From positions 1-23,623 of the forward strand of contig JAJPHT010000011.1 of assembly GCA_021325135.1 (NCBI GenBank): a DNA stretch of 23,623 bases, read 5' to 3'. This DNA is from Pseudomonadota bacterium (GTDB lineage: Archaea > Thermoplasmatota > SW-10-69-26 > JACQPN01 > JAJPHT01). The notes under the pieces are model-generated. The model did not search any database. It had not been told where the DNA came from and saw nothing but the letters and a program-made list of their open reading frames with translations. The translations under genes and the position numbers were made by a program. Positions 8,080 to 16,760 of the stretch are shown here, one piece after another (the first letter of the stretch is position 1; every line of letters begins with the position of its first letter).

Positions 8080-8169
8080 GAGAAACAGAACAGAGAGGGA
8101 CCGTCCAGAAGGCCAAGACGCCAGCCGACGCCCGGCGCCAAGAGGGCATCAGCTTCAAATAGGGGGCCC

Positions 8170-8175
8170 TTTATC
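8170..8175 (+). promoter_or_regulatory. Candidate TATA box (TTTATC) of the rps6e operon
   Basis: TATA-like motif ~75 nt upstream of the rps6e ATG. Confidence 0.4.
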
Positions 8176-8246
8176 GTGGGCCTACCGCGTCCCCCCAGGA
8201 TGCGCCATCGGGCGACGGGCAACTGTCCCCGGGAGTCTGGAATTTC

Positions 8247-8645
8247 ATGGTTGATTTCAAGGTGGTCGTCTCCGACCCGCGCGACGGCAAGAGCTACCAG
8301 CTGGCGGTCACGGGCCAGCACGCGAACGTCCTCGTCCGCAAGAAGATCGGCGACGAGATCGACGGCATGTTCCTGGGCCTGCCCGGCTACAAGGTGAAGA
8401 TCACCGGCGGCTCGGACAAGGACGGCTTCCCCATGCGCCCCGAGATCCGCAGCGCCGCCCGCAAGAAGCTCCTCGTCGCCGAGTCCATCGGCAACCGCCC
8501 CCGGGACTACCCGGGCAAGCGCTCCAAGCTGAACCTCCGCGGCGGAGAGATCAGCCCCGAGATCGCGCAGATCAACACCAAGGTCACGACCTTCGGCCCC
8601 AAGGCCATCGCCGAGCTCGTGCCCGCCCAGCCGGCCAAGAAGTAA
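8247..8645 (+). CDS. rps6e: 30S ribosomal protein S6e
   Basis: [36 protein letters not shown] and RG...S.EI.QINTK; upstream of aIF2-gamma as in many archaea. Confidence 0.97.
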   Translation: MVDFKVVVSDPRDGKSYQLAVTGQHANVLVRKKIGDEIDGMFLGLPGYKVKITGGSDKDGFPMRPEIRSAARKKLLVAESIGNRPRDYPGKRSKLNLRGGEISPEIAQINTKVTTFGPKAIAELVPAQPAKK

Positions 8646-8653
8646 TGCGACCG

Positions 8654-8672
8654 GAGCGCCCTCCGGGCGCTC
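8654..8672 (+). other. Intercistronic GC-rich hairpin between rps6e and eif2g
   Basis: GAGCGCCC-TCC-GGGCGCTC, a perfect 8-bp stem. Confidence 0.55.
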
Positions 8673-8688
8673 GGCGCGAAGGTCCAGC

Positions 8689-9918
8689 ATGAAGGTCCCC
8701 AAGCAACCGGAAGTCAACATCGGAACCATCGGCCACGTCGACCACGGAAAGACCACGCTCACCCAGGCGCTTTCCGGCGAGTGGACCGACCGGCACTCCG
8801 AGGAGATCAAGCGCGGCATCTCCATCAAGCTCGGCTACGCCGACGCCGCGTTCTACAAGTACCCCGGGAAGACCGGGCCCGAGGCCTTCGGCGTCAAGGA
8901 CAAGGCCGACGACGGCACCGCGGGCGAGCTTCTGCGGTGCGTCTCCTTCGTGGACTCCCCCGGCCACGAGACCCTCATGGCGACCATGCTCTCCGGCGCG
9001 GCCGTCATGGACGGCGCCATGCTGCTGGTGGCCGCCAACGAGAAGTGCCCCCAGCCGCAGACCAAGGAGCACCTCATGGCGCTGGACCTCATCGGCGTCC
9101 AGAACCTCATCATCGTCCAGAACAAGATCGACCTCGTCAGCGAGGAGCGCGCGCTGGAGAACTTCAAGGAGATCAAGGAGTTCGTGAAGGGCACCATCGC
9201 CGAGAAGGCGCCCATCATCCCCGTCTCCGCGCAGCAGGGCATCAACATCGACCTGCTCGTGGAGACGATTGAGCGGGTCATTCCCACGCCCAAGCGCGAC
9301 CCCAAGAAGCCCGGCAGGCTCTACATCGCCCGCAGCTTCGACATCAACAAGCCCGGCACGCGCCCCGCCGACATCAAGGGCGGCGTGCTCGGCGGCACCA
9401 TCTCGCAGGGGCAGCTGAAGGTCGGCGACGAGATCGAGATCAGCCCCGGCCGCAAGATCGAGGAGCACGGCCGCACGCGCTGGGAGCCCATCTTCGCCTC
9501 CATCACCGGCATCGTGGCCGGCGGCAAGGCGTACAAGACCGCCAACGCCGGCGGCCTCCTGGGCGTCTCCACCAACCTCGACCCCTCCCTCACCAAGGCG
9601 GACAACCTCGTGGGCAAGATCGCCGGCAAGCCTGGCACGCTCCCCGAGGTCCGCCACAGCTTCACCATGAACGTGAAGCTCCTGGAGCGGGTCGTGGGCG
9701 CCGCGGAGGACCTCAAGGTCGAGCCCATCAAGACCCGCGAGCCGCTCATGCTCAACGTCGACACGGCGACCACCGTGGGCGTCGTCTCGTCGGGCCGCGC
9801 CGACAGCGCCGAGGTGCAGCTGAAGCTGCCCGTCTGCGCCGACGCGGGCCAGCGCGTCGCCATCTCCCGCCGCGTCGGCGCCCGCTGGCGCCTCATCGGC
9901 TACGGCGTCATCCAGTGA
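8689..9918 (+). CDS. eif2g: Translation initiation factor 2 subunit gamma (aIF2-gamma)
   Basis: [56 protein letters not shown] and RWRLIGYG. Confidence 0.98.
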   Translation: MKVPKQPEVNIGTIGHVDHGKTTLTQALSGEWTDRHSEEIKRGISIKLGYADAAFYKYPGKTGPEAFGVKDKADDGTAGELLRCVSFVDSPGHETLMATMLSGAAVMDGAMLLVAANEKCPQPQTKEHLMALDLIGVQNLIIVQNKIDLVSEERALENFKEIKEFVKGTIAEKAPIIPVSAQQGINIDLLVETIERVIPTPKRDPKKPGRLYIARSFDINKPGTRPADIKGGVLGGTISQGQLKVGDEIEISPGRKIEEHGRTRWEPIFASITGIVAGGKAYKTANAGGLLGVSTNLDPSLTKADNLVGKIAGKPGTLPEVRHSFTMNVKLLERVVGAAEDLKVEPIKTREPLMLNVDTATTVGVVSSGRADSAEVQLKLPVCADAGQRVAISRRVGARWRLIGYGVIQ

Positions 9919-10751
9919 GTGAACCCATGGCGTCGAAGAAGGCTCCCGCGAAGAAGGCCGCCCCCAAGAAGGCGGCGAAGAAGCCGGAGAAGGCCAAGCC
10001 CGCGCTGGAGCCCGAGTTCGTCAAGAAGGCGTCCGCCGCCGACCGCAAGGCCGCGCTGGAGGCGCTCCTGGAGCAGGAGGCCATCCCGCACCCCAAGCCC
10101 GCGGCGCCCCCCGTCGCGGACCCCGCGCCGCTTCCCCCCGTGCTGCGCGAGGCGAGCGCCGCCGATCGCAAGGCCGCCGTGGAGCAGCTGGTCGAGGAGT
10201 CCGGCGTCGCCGGCGCGCTCGCCAAGGCGCCCTGGAAGCGCACGGCGCCCGCCCCCGCGCCCTCGGGCCCCCCTCAGCCCGCCGCGCCCGCGCCCAAGGA
10301 GGCGCCCCGCGCCGTCATGACCAAGGCGCCCCTGGAGCCGACCACCGGCCGCAGCGCGCCGCGCGTCGTCATCCTCGACAGCAACGCGCTCATGATGCAG
10401 TTCCAGTTCCACGTCGACATCGAGAAGGAGGTGCGCCGCATCCTCAACATCAACTTCGACGTGGTGGTCCCGCGCGTCGTCGTCCACGAGCTGGAGCGCC
10501 TCGCCAAGGAGGGCGCGCACAAGGAGGCGGGCGAGGCCCGCATGGCGCTGGAGCTTGCCAAGACCTTCCGCATCGAGGAGACGCCGCTGGACGGCGACAC
10601 CGCGGTGCTGCGCCTCGCCGAGAAGCTCAACGCCATCGTCGTCACCAACGACAAGCGCCTCCGCGCGATGCTGCGCGCGAAGGACATCCCCAACATCTAC
10701 ATGCGCAGCCGGGCGTTCCTCACCATCGAGGGGCACATCCCTGGCATGTGA
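9915..10751 (+). CDS. PIN-domain nuclease (Utp24/Fcf1-like, COG1412-type) with a long K/A/P-rich N-terminal extension
   Basis: ILDSNAL, HELE, GD and VVTNDKRLR acidic tetrad; conserved position after eif2g; start either GTG 9915 (GTGA overlap) or ATG 9927. Confidence 0.85.
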   Translation: MSEPMASKKAPAKKAAPKKAAKKPEKAKPALEPEFVKKASAADRKAALEALLEQEAIPHPKPAAPPVADPAPLPPVLREASAADRKAAVEQLVEESGVAGALAKAPWKRTAPAPAPSGPPQPAAPAPKEAPRAVMTKAPLEPTTGRSAPRVVILDSNALMMQFQFHVDIEKEVRRILNINFDVVVPRVVVHELERLAKEGAHKEAGEARMALELAKTFRIEETPLDGDTAVLRLAEKLNAIVVTNDKRLRAMLRAKDIPNIYMRSRAFLTIEGHIPGM

Positions 10752-10841
10752 GGGGCTGGAGCGAGCCCTCGGAAGGACGATTCCACTCTCGTCAGCTTCC
10801 ATGCAGCCAGCTTCATCCGGAAGGGCGCCCACATCCTTGCC

Positions 10842-11264
10842 GTGGGCGACGCCCGGTTCAACGGGATTTGGGACAAGTGGATCGGGAAGCTCCACGACGG
10901 GCGCGTGCCGGCCAGCGAGCTCCCCTTCGCGGACCTTGTCCAGATGCTCGCCTCCGACGCGGGCGTCAAGGACCCCTACGTGCGCAACGTGCTCGCCTCC
11001 GAGGCGCTCAACCGCATCATGCACGACGACCGCGAGACGCGCCCTTCGCTCGTGGAGTGGGCCCGCGAGCTCGCCGTCCTCCAAAGCCGGCACGTCCTGG
11101 AGACGGGTCGGGCGGTCGCTCGCTCGGGAAGGACGATAACATCGGGGCGGCATCGCGTGGAAGAGAGCAGGCGCCTCGTCGAGGAGCGAAGGCATCAAGC
11201 TCAGAAGGCCCATTCCGCTCCTGAGGCCCCGGGCGACGCGGGGTCAGGGGACCTCCCGACGTGA
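10842..11264 (+). CDS. Hypothetical helical protein translationally coupled to cheB-cheR
   Basis: 140-aa ORF with GC3-rich core (FADLVQMLASD...DPYVRNVLASEALNR); stop overlaps the next start (GTGA at 11261-11264). Confidence 0.65.
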   Translation: MGDARFNGIWDKWIGKLHDGRVPASELPFADLVQMLASDAGVKDPYVRNVLASEALNRIMHDDRETRPSLVEWARELAVLQSRHVLETGRAVARSGRTITSGRHRVEESRRLVEERRHQAQKAHSAPEAPGDAGSGDLPT

Positions 11265-14146
11265 CGACGACCGCCGAGAAGACCGCTCCCGACGCTCCAC
11301 GCCGCGCGGAGGGCGTCGTCGCGCTGGGCGCCAGCGCAGGCGGCTTCACCTCCCTGGAGACGATCCTCAAGGCCCTCCCCAAGGATTTCCCGTGGCCCGT
11401 GCTGGTCGCGCAGCATCTCGACCCCAAGCAGCCCTCCCACGCGGCGGAGGTCCTGGCGCGCGCCTCGGCGCTCCCGGTGGTCGAGGCCGCGGCGGGCATG
11501 CGCCTGGAGCCCGGACGCGTCTACGCGTGCCCGGCCAACAGCGAGATGGCCATCTCCAAGGAGGGCGTCGTCCGGCTGCGCGCCCCCGTCGCCGGGCGCC
11601 CCCAGCGCATCGACTTCCTCTTCGACTCCCTTGCGCGCTCCTACGAGGAGTGCGGCGTCGCGGTCGTCCTCTCCGGCACCGGCTCCGACGGCGCCAGCGG
11701 CGCGCTCCACCTGAAGCGCGTCTCGGGCACCGTGATCGCGGAGAGCGAGGAGACGGCGCGCCACTTCGGGATGCCCAACGCCGCGATCCAGGCCGGAGCC
11801 GTGGACCTCGTCCTCCCCGCGCAGGACATCCCCGACGTCCTCGTGCGCATCGCGACGGGCCAGATGCCCGTCCCCGCCCAGGAGGAGCGCGGCGCCATGG
11901 ACCGCATCCTCACGCTCCTGCGCGAGCGCCGCGGCACGACGTTCGAGCAGTACCGCGCGGGCACCCTCACGCGCCGGATGCGAAAGCGCATGCCCATCGT
12001 GGGCGCGACGACGCTGGCGGGCTATCTCCAGCACATCGAGGGGAACCCGGCGGAGCTGGACAGCCTCTTCGACGCGCTGCTCATCAACGTCACCGAGTTC
12101 TTCCGCGACCCCGACGCCTGGGACGCGCTCCAGCGCACCATCGTCCCCGAGCTGAAGGCGCGCATGGAGGAGAACGACGAGCTTCGCGTCTGGAGCGTCG
12201 GGTGCGCGAGCGGCGAGGAGCCCTACAGCATCGCGATGCTCCTCGCCGAGTCCCTCGATCCCGCGCAGTGGTCGCGCGTGAAGATCTTCGCCACCGACGC
12301 CGACGAGCCGGCGCTCAACGAGGCCCGCGCCGCGCGCTACGACCCGGCCCGCATGTCCCACGTCTCGCCGCAGCGCCTCTCGCGCTTCTTCACCCCCGTG
12401 GGCGCCCGGTACGAGATCGTGAAGTCCATCCGCCAGATGGTCATCTTCGGCCGCCACGACCTCACCAAGGACCCGCCCATCGGCCGGCTCGACCTCGTGG
12501 TGTGCCGCAACGTCCTCATCTACTTCGACGTCCCGCTCCAGCGCCGCATCGCGTCCACCCTCCAATACTCGCTGCGCCCCGGGGGCTTCCTCTTCCTGGG
12601 CAAGAGCGAGGAGGTCCCGCGCGAGGTGCCCGGCTACGACGTGCGCGAGCGCCAGTCCCGCATCTACCAGCGCCAGCTGGCCATCGAGCCGATGCTGCCC
12701 CGCATCGTGCGCGCGCCCTCCGACCAGATGCTCCTGGACGCCGAGACGCGCTCGACCCTCGTGGGCTCGGGGGCCATGGCGTTCCAGGAGTTCCTTGCCG
12801 AGCGCGCGCCCCTCGTCGTCCTCGTCGTGGACAAGGAGATGCGCATCCGGAAGGCCAACCGCTTCGCGCGCGGCCTCCTGGGCATCGGCGACGAGGAGAT
12901 CGTGGGGCGCGACCTCGTCTCCGTCCTGCGCGCCCGGGGCGAGTCGCTCGCCTCCGCCGTCGAGGCGGCCCTCAGCGGCGGGCGGCGCGTCCACGTCGAC
13001 CCCGTGCGGTGCGACGTGAGCGGCCGGAGCGTCGTGCTGGACGTCACCCTGGAGGCGTTCGCCGACGCCGACGGCGCCACCCAGGCGCTCCTCGTGGGGC
13101 AGGACGTCACGGCCACCGAGGACGCGCGGGAGGCGCTTCGCGACCGGGCCCGCCAGCTGCAGGACACTCTCGAGGAGTACCAGACCACCAACGAGGAGCT
13201 CCAGAGCAGCAACGAGGAGCTGGTCACGGCCAACGAGGAGCTTCAGAGCGCGAACGAGGAGCTGACGACGCTCAACGAGGAGCTCCAGAGCACCAACGAG
13301 GAGCTGGAGACGACCAACGAGGAGCTTCACGCCACCAACGAGGAGCTTGGCGCCGTCAACGCGCAGATCAGCCGCGCCAGCGGCGACGCGGCGGACGCCC
13401 GCGCGATCCTGGCCGCCACCACGGACCACGTGTCGGACGCCGTCCTCCTCGTCTCCCCCGACGAGCGCATCGCCACCTGGAGCCGGCGCGCGGCGGACCT
13501 CTTCGGCCAGGCGGCCGCGGAGGTCGTGGGCGCGAACGTCTACAGCGTGGACCTCCCGGTGGACCCCGTGGAGCTGCGGGCCCTCCTCTCCGAGTCCAAG
13601 AAGAAGTCGTTCGCGCACTCCGACGAGGCGCGGCTCCTGGAGGAGCGCGGGCGGCGCCGGTGGGTGAAGCTGGGCGCGTGGCACGTGGAGGACAACGACC
13701 GCAACGCGCTGGGGTGGCTCCTCGTCTTCGAGGACGTGACCGGGCCGCACGAGGCCGACGTCTCCCTGCGCGCGATGCAGGCGCAGCACGTGGCGCTCCT
13801 GCGCGCGACCCGGGAGGCCGTCCTCGTCCTGGGCCCCGATGGCGTCGTCGTCGCAGCCAGCGACGCGGCCAAGACCGTGCTCGGCGAGGACCCGGTGCGC
13901 GGGCGCGTCTGGGACCTGGCCAAGGACCCCTCGGTGAAGCTCCACATCAAGGGCGCCATCGCGGACCTCACCGGCCACGAGGCGCGTCCCGCCAAGGAGA
14001 CGACGCACTCCATCCACGTCCCCCTCGCGCGGGGAGGGAGCGTCGAGATGGTCGTCATCGGCGTGGAGAGCCCCGAGGCGGGGCCGCTCATCGTCCTGAG
14101 GCTGGTGGACGCTGCGCAGGGCGGCGAGCCACGCACGCGTCCATGA
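11261..14146 (+). CDS. CheB methylesterase - CheR methyltransferase - PAS - coiled coil - PAS - PAS fusion
   Basis: CheB catalytic motifs GASAGG, VAQH and LSGTGSDG; CheR motifs INVTEFFRD, WSVGCASGEEPYS, IFATD and CRNVLIYF; NEEL heptads; PAS-like segments. Confidence 0.93.
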   Translation: MTTTAEKTAPDAPRRAEGVVALGASAGGFTSLETILKALPKDFPWPVLVAQHLDPKQPSHAAEVLARASALPVVEAAAGMRLEPGRVYACPANSEMAISKEGVVRLRAPVAGRPQRIDFLFDSLARSYEECGVAVVLSGTGSDGASGALHLKRVSGTVIAESEETARHFGMPNAAIQAGAVDLVLPAQDIPDVLVRIATGQMPVPAQEERGAMDRILTLLRERRGTTFEQYRAGTLTRRMRKRMPIVGATTLAGYLQHIEGNPAELDSLFDALLINVTEFFRDPDAWDALQRTIVPELKARMEENDELRVWSVGCASGEEPYSIAMLLAESLDPAQWSRVKIFATDADEPALNEARAARYDPARMSHVSPQRLSRFFTPVGARYEIVKSIRQMVIFGRHDLTKDPPIGRLDLVVCRNVLIYFDVPLQRRIASTLQYSLRPGGFLFLGKSEEVPREVPGYDVRERQSRIYQRQLAIEPMLPRIVRAPSDQMLLDAETRSTLVGSGAMAFQEFLAERAPLVVLVVDKEMRIRKANRFARGLLGIGDEEIVGRDLVSVLRARGESLASAVEAALSGGRRVHVDPVRCDVSGRSVVLDVTLEAFADADGATQALLVGQDVTATEDAREALRDRARQLQDTLEEYQTTNEELQSSNEELVTANEELQSANEELTTLNEELQSTNEELETTNEELHATNEELGAVNAQISRASGDAADARAILAATTDHVSDAVLLVSPDERIATWSRRAADLFGQAAAEVVGANVYSVDLPVDPVELRALLSESKKKSFAHSDEARLLEERGRRRWVKLGAWHVEDNDRNALGWLLVFEDVTGPHEADVSLRAMQAQHVALLRATREAVLVLGPDGVVVAASDAAKTVLGEDPVRGRVWDLAKDPSVKLHIKGAIADLTGHEARPAKETTHSIHVPLARGGSVEMVVIGVESPEAGPLIVLRLVDAAQGGEPRTRP
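13178..13345 (+). repeat. 8 x 21-bp coding tandem repeat (xxxxNEE heptads)
   Basis: AACGAGGAG recurs every 21 bp: YQTTNEE LQSSNEE LVTANEE LQSANEE LTTLNEE LQSTNEE LETTNEE LHATNEE. Confidence 0.92.
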
Positions 14147-14687
14147 TCGCGCGGTGCCTCAGCACGAGCGCGTGGCTGCTGGCGACGTGGCCCTTGGCCT
14201 GCCGCGCGAGGCGGGCGGACTCGGCGATGCGCCACAGGCCGGCGCTAGCCGGGTCGATGGCCGCCGGCGGCCCGGAGCGCCGCTGGGCGCGGCCGGCGGC
14301 GCGGAGGGCCCGCAGCGCGTCGGCCATGCGGTCCGCCTCGGTGGACGCCGCGGCCTCCAGGTCCGCAAGGCGCCGCCACAGGGCCTCCGGCGAGCCGGCG
14401 CCTCCCGCGAGCTGGGCGCGCATGTGGAGGAGGTTGATGGTGAGGCTCGTCAGCGGGTTGCCGATGCCGTGGCACGCCTCCTCGATCGTGCCCAGGGAGA
14501 CGTCGCCCGCCAGGGGCGGGCGGGCTCGCCGCAGCTCGCCCTTCGGGGTCTCCGCCCCGCCTGGGGCCTCGGCGCGCGCATCCCGGTCCACGCGGCCCGT
14601 AGCGCACGCGGACGCATAGCCCTCTCGGTCCCGCAGGCCGGCTGGCGCCGGCAAGCGCGCGAGGGCGCCTGCCGGGTCGGCCTTCAC
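14088..14687 (-). CDS. Stand-alone HisKA (DHp)-like protein without ATPase domain
   Basis: H-box-like EEACHGIGNPLTSLTINL followed by a second helix EADRMADALRAL; no N/G1/G2 boxes; start is GTG 14687 (GTGA overlap) or GTG 14591. Confidence 0.55.
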   Translation of the reverse strand: MKADPAGALARLPAPAGLRDREGYASACATGRVDRDARAEAPGGAETPKGELRRARPPLAGDVSLGTIEEACHGIGNPLTSLTINLLHMRAQLAGGAGSPEALWRRLADLEAAASTEADRMADALRALRAAGRAQRRSGPPAAIDPASAGLWRIAESARLARQAKGHVASSHALVLRHRAIMDACVARRPAQRPPASGR

Positions 14688-14932
14688 GGGTAGCCGGGGC
14701 GGGAGGCCAGCGCCACGATGAGCGCGATGACCAGCACCGCGAGCACGACGAGGACGATGACCACCGTGGTGTTGAGCCCGAAGAAGCCCGACGACTCGTT
14801 GGGGTTGTTGTTGTTCACGTTGACGTTGGGCGTGGGCACGTTGTAGTTGTTGGTGTTGTTCTGCGCGGCGGCCGGGCCCGCGAGGAGCACGGTCGTGAGC
14901 AGGGCGGCAAGGAGCAGGGGAGTCGCTCGCAT
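14684..14932 (-). CDS. Small Asn-rich membrane-anchored secreted protein (82 aa)
   Basis: ATG at 14932; signal peptide ending AAA|Q; QNNTNNYNVPTPNVNVNNNNPNES; C-terminal TM VVIVLVVLAVLVIALIVALA. Confidence 0.75.
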   Translation of the reverse strand: MRATPLLLAALLTTVLLAGPAAAQNNTNNYNVPTPNVNVNNNNPNESSGFFGLNTTVVIVLVVLAVLVIALIVALASRPGYP

Positions 14933-15059
14933 GGAGCGGGCTCTGGACGCCTCCCTGGCACCTGGGTTGCGGCCGAGTCGTCGATCGTTCGCCGGCCGTT
15001 TTCCCGGTGAAGGGAAGCCTTCAAGACCCGAAGCCGGCTTGGCCGCTTTGGAGTTCGGC

Positions 15060-16343
15060 ATGACGGCCGCCAAGCCCTACCTCACCGTGGACGACCTGCG
15101 GGTCAAGGACAAGACCGTCCTTCTGCGCGTGGACATCAACGCGCCCATCGTGGACGGGAAGGTCGCAGGCAAGGACCGCATCGAGGCCGCCGCCGCCACC
15201 GTGGACCACCTCGCGTCCAAGGGCGCCAAGGTCGTCATCCTCGCGCACCAGGGGCGCAAGGGGGACGCGGACTTCACGAGCCTGCGCGAGCACGCCGCGA
15301 TCTTGGGCTCCTTCACCAAGGCCAAGGTCCACTGGGTGGGCGGTTCCGAGGCCGCGTCGCCCGACGCCATGGGCGACCTCATCTTCGGGCCCCGCGCGCT
15401 CGCCGCCATCAAGGCGCTCAAGCCCGGCGAGGCGCTCATGCTGGAGAACGTCCGCGCGCTGGACGACGAGACGAAGAAGGGCAAGGCCGCGGACCACGCC
15501 AAGGCCGAGTTCGTGAAGGCCCTCGCGGGCGTCGCGGACGCGTTCGTGAACGACGCCTTCAGCGCCGCGCACAGGAGCCAGGCCTCCCTCGTGGGCTTCA
15601 CGGAGCTGATGCCCAGCGGCGCGGGCCTCACCATGGACCGCGAGCTGACCGCGCTGGCCAAGGCCGTCGACGCGCCCGAGCCCCCCGCCGTCTACTTCCT
15701 GGGCGGCAGCAAGCCCGAGGACAGCATCGCCGTCATGCGCGCCAACTTCGCCAAGGGCACGCTGGACGTCGCGCTCCTGGGCGGCCTCGTCGCGAACCTC
15801 TTCCTCGTCGCGCGCGGCCACCAGCTTGGCAAGCCCAGCATGGAGCTCCTGGAGAAGAAGGGCATCCTGCCCCTGCTCCCCGAGGCGGAGAAGCTGCTGG
15901 AGCAGTACGACGCGCAGATCGTCACGCCGCAGGACGTCATGATCAAGGACGGCCACGGCCAGCCGCAGGCCGTCTGGGTGGAGGACCTGCCGGTGAACTT
16001 CCCCATCCTGGACGTGGGGCCCGAGACCATCGTGGCCTACGTCGAGGAGATCGGGGCCGCCGGCTCGCTCATGATGAACGGCCCCGCGGGCCTCTACGAG
16101 GAGAAGCCCTACGACAAGGGCACGCGCGCCGTGCTGGACGCCTTCGCGCGCAGCGACGCCTTCAGCCTCCTGGGCGGCGGCCACACCATCACGGCCATCG
16201 GCGAGTTCGACCTCCAGCACGAGGACTTCGGCTACGTGAGCCTCGCCGGCGGCGCGCTCATGGCCTACCTCACCGGCGAGGCGCTCCCCGCCGTCGAGGC
16301 GCTCAAGGCCAACAAGGCGCGCTTCGCCAGCAAGGTCCACTGA
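15060..16343 (+). CDS. pgk: Phosphoglycerate kinase (archaeal type)
   Basis: LLRVDINAP, LAHQGRKG, LENVR, NDAFSAAHRSQ, LGGSK, LDVGP, NGPAG, GGGHT and VSLAGGA; ATG at 15060 with GGAG RBS. Confidence 0.97.
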   Translation: MTAAKPYLTVDDLRVKDKTVLLRVDINAPIVDGKVAGKDRIEAAAATVDHLASKGAKVVILAHQGRKGDADFTSLREHAAILGSFTKAKVHWVGGSEAASPDAMGDLIFGPRALAAIKALKPGEALMLENVRALDDETKKGKAADHAKAEFVKALAGVADAFVNDAFSAAHRSQASLVGFTELMPSGAGLTMDRELTALAKAVDAPEPPAVYFLGGSKPEDSIAVMRANFAKGTLDVALLGGLVANLFLVARGHQLGKPSMELLEKKGILPLLPEAEKLLEQYDAQIVTPQDVMIKDGHGQPQAVWVEDLPVNFPILDVGPETIVAYVEEIGAAGSLMMNGPAGLYEEKPYDKGTRAVLDAFARSDAFSLLGGGHTITAIGEFDLQHEDFGYVSLAGGALMAYLTGEALPAVEALKANKARFASKVH

Positions 16344-16349
16344 GCCGGC

Positions 16350-16724
16350 CTACTGCTGGATGCCCAGGGGATCGCACGGGTCCTTCTGCCACGCGTTGCA
16401 GACGAACCTGCACCCCGAGACGCCCTCGGTCGAGACGACGCACTGCTCGCCGAACTCCTCGACGCACGCCTGGCAGCCGAAGGTGTCGGCGGTGGCGTGG
16501 CCCGAGCCGCCCTCGCACGCGACGTGGTCGCCGTAGAAGAACGTCACCGTGCAGGTGAAGCCGCCGGCAAGCGCCGCGGGGTCGGAGACGCTCCAGCACG
16601 CGGCGCGCTGCTCGCAGAGGAACGCGGGCACGTTGGGGATCGAGACGGTCGCCGACGCAACGGGGACCGCAAGGGCGAGGGCCAGCAAGGGGACGAGGAC
16701 GAGCCTGGGGGATGGGAGCTTCAT
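16350..16724 (-). CDS. Small secreted Cys-rich protein (10 Cys)
   Basis: GGAGG RBS; signal peptide LVLVPLLALALAVPVASA; 10 Cys in ~100 mature residues. Confidence 0.8.
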   Translation of the reverse strand: MKLPSPRLVLVPLLALALAVPVASATVSIPNVPAFLCEQRAACWSVSDPAALAGGFTCTVTFFYGDHVACEGGSGHATADTFGCQACVEEFGEQCVVSTEGVSGCRFVCNAWQKDPCDPLGIQQ

Positions 16725-16760
16725 CGGATGCCTCCGCGCCGCGACGCGCGCCCGGGAGCT

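Noticed and set aside
5825-8158. 777-aa ORF suggesting a large N-terminal fusion to AlaX
   Set aside because: The upstream part is an out-of-frame shadow of the MFS gene; AlaX similarity begins at ATG 6595
13178-13345. Regularly spaced AACGAGGAG(CT) repeat as a CRISPR-like array
   Set aside because: The 21-bp period is in frame within a protein heptad repeat; spacers are too short and no cas genes are present
11201-14619. Very long alternative-frame ORFs (938 aa on -, 1075 aa on +), and similar shadows at 886-2643, 3937-5793, 15021-16340 and 21125-22984
   Set aside because: R/G/A/P-rich translations without motifs, overlapping well-supported genes; expected from stop-codon scarcity at high GC
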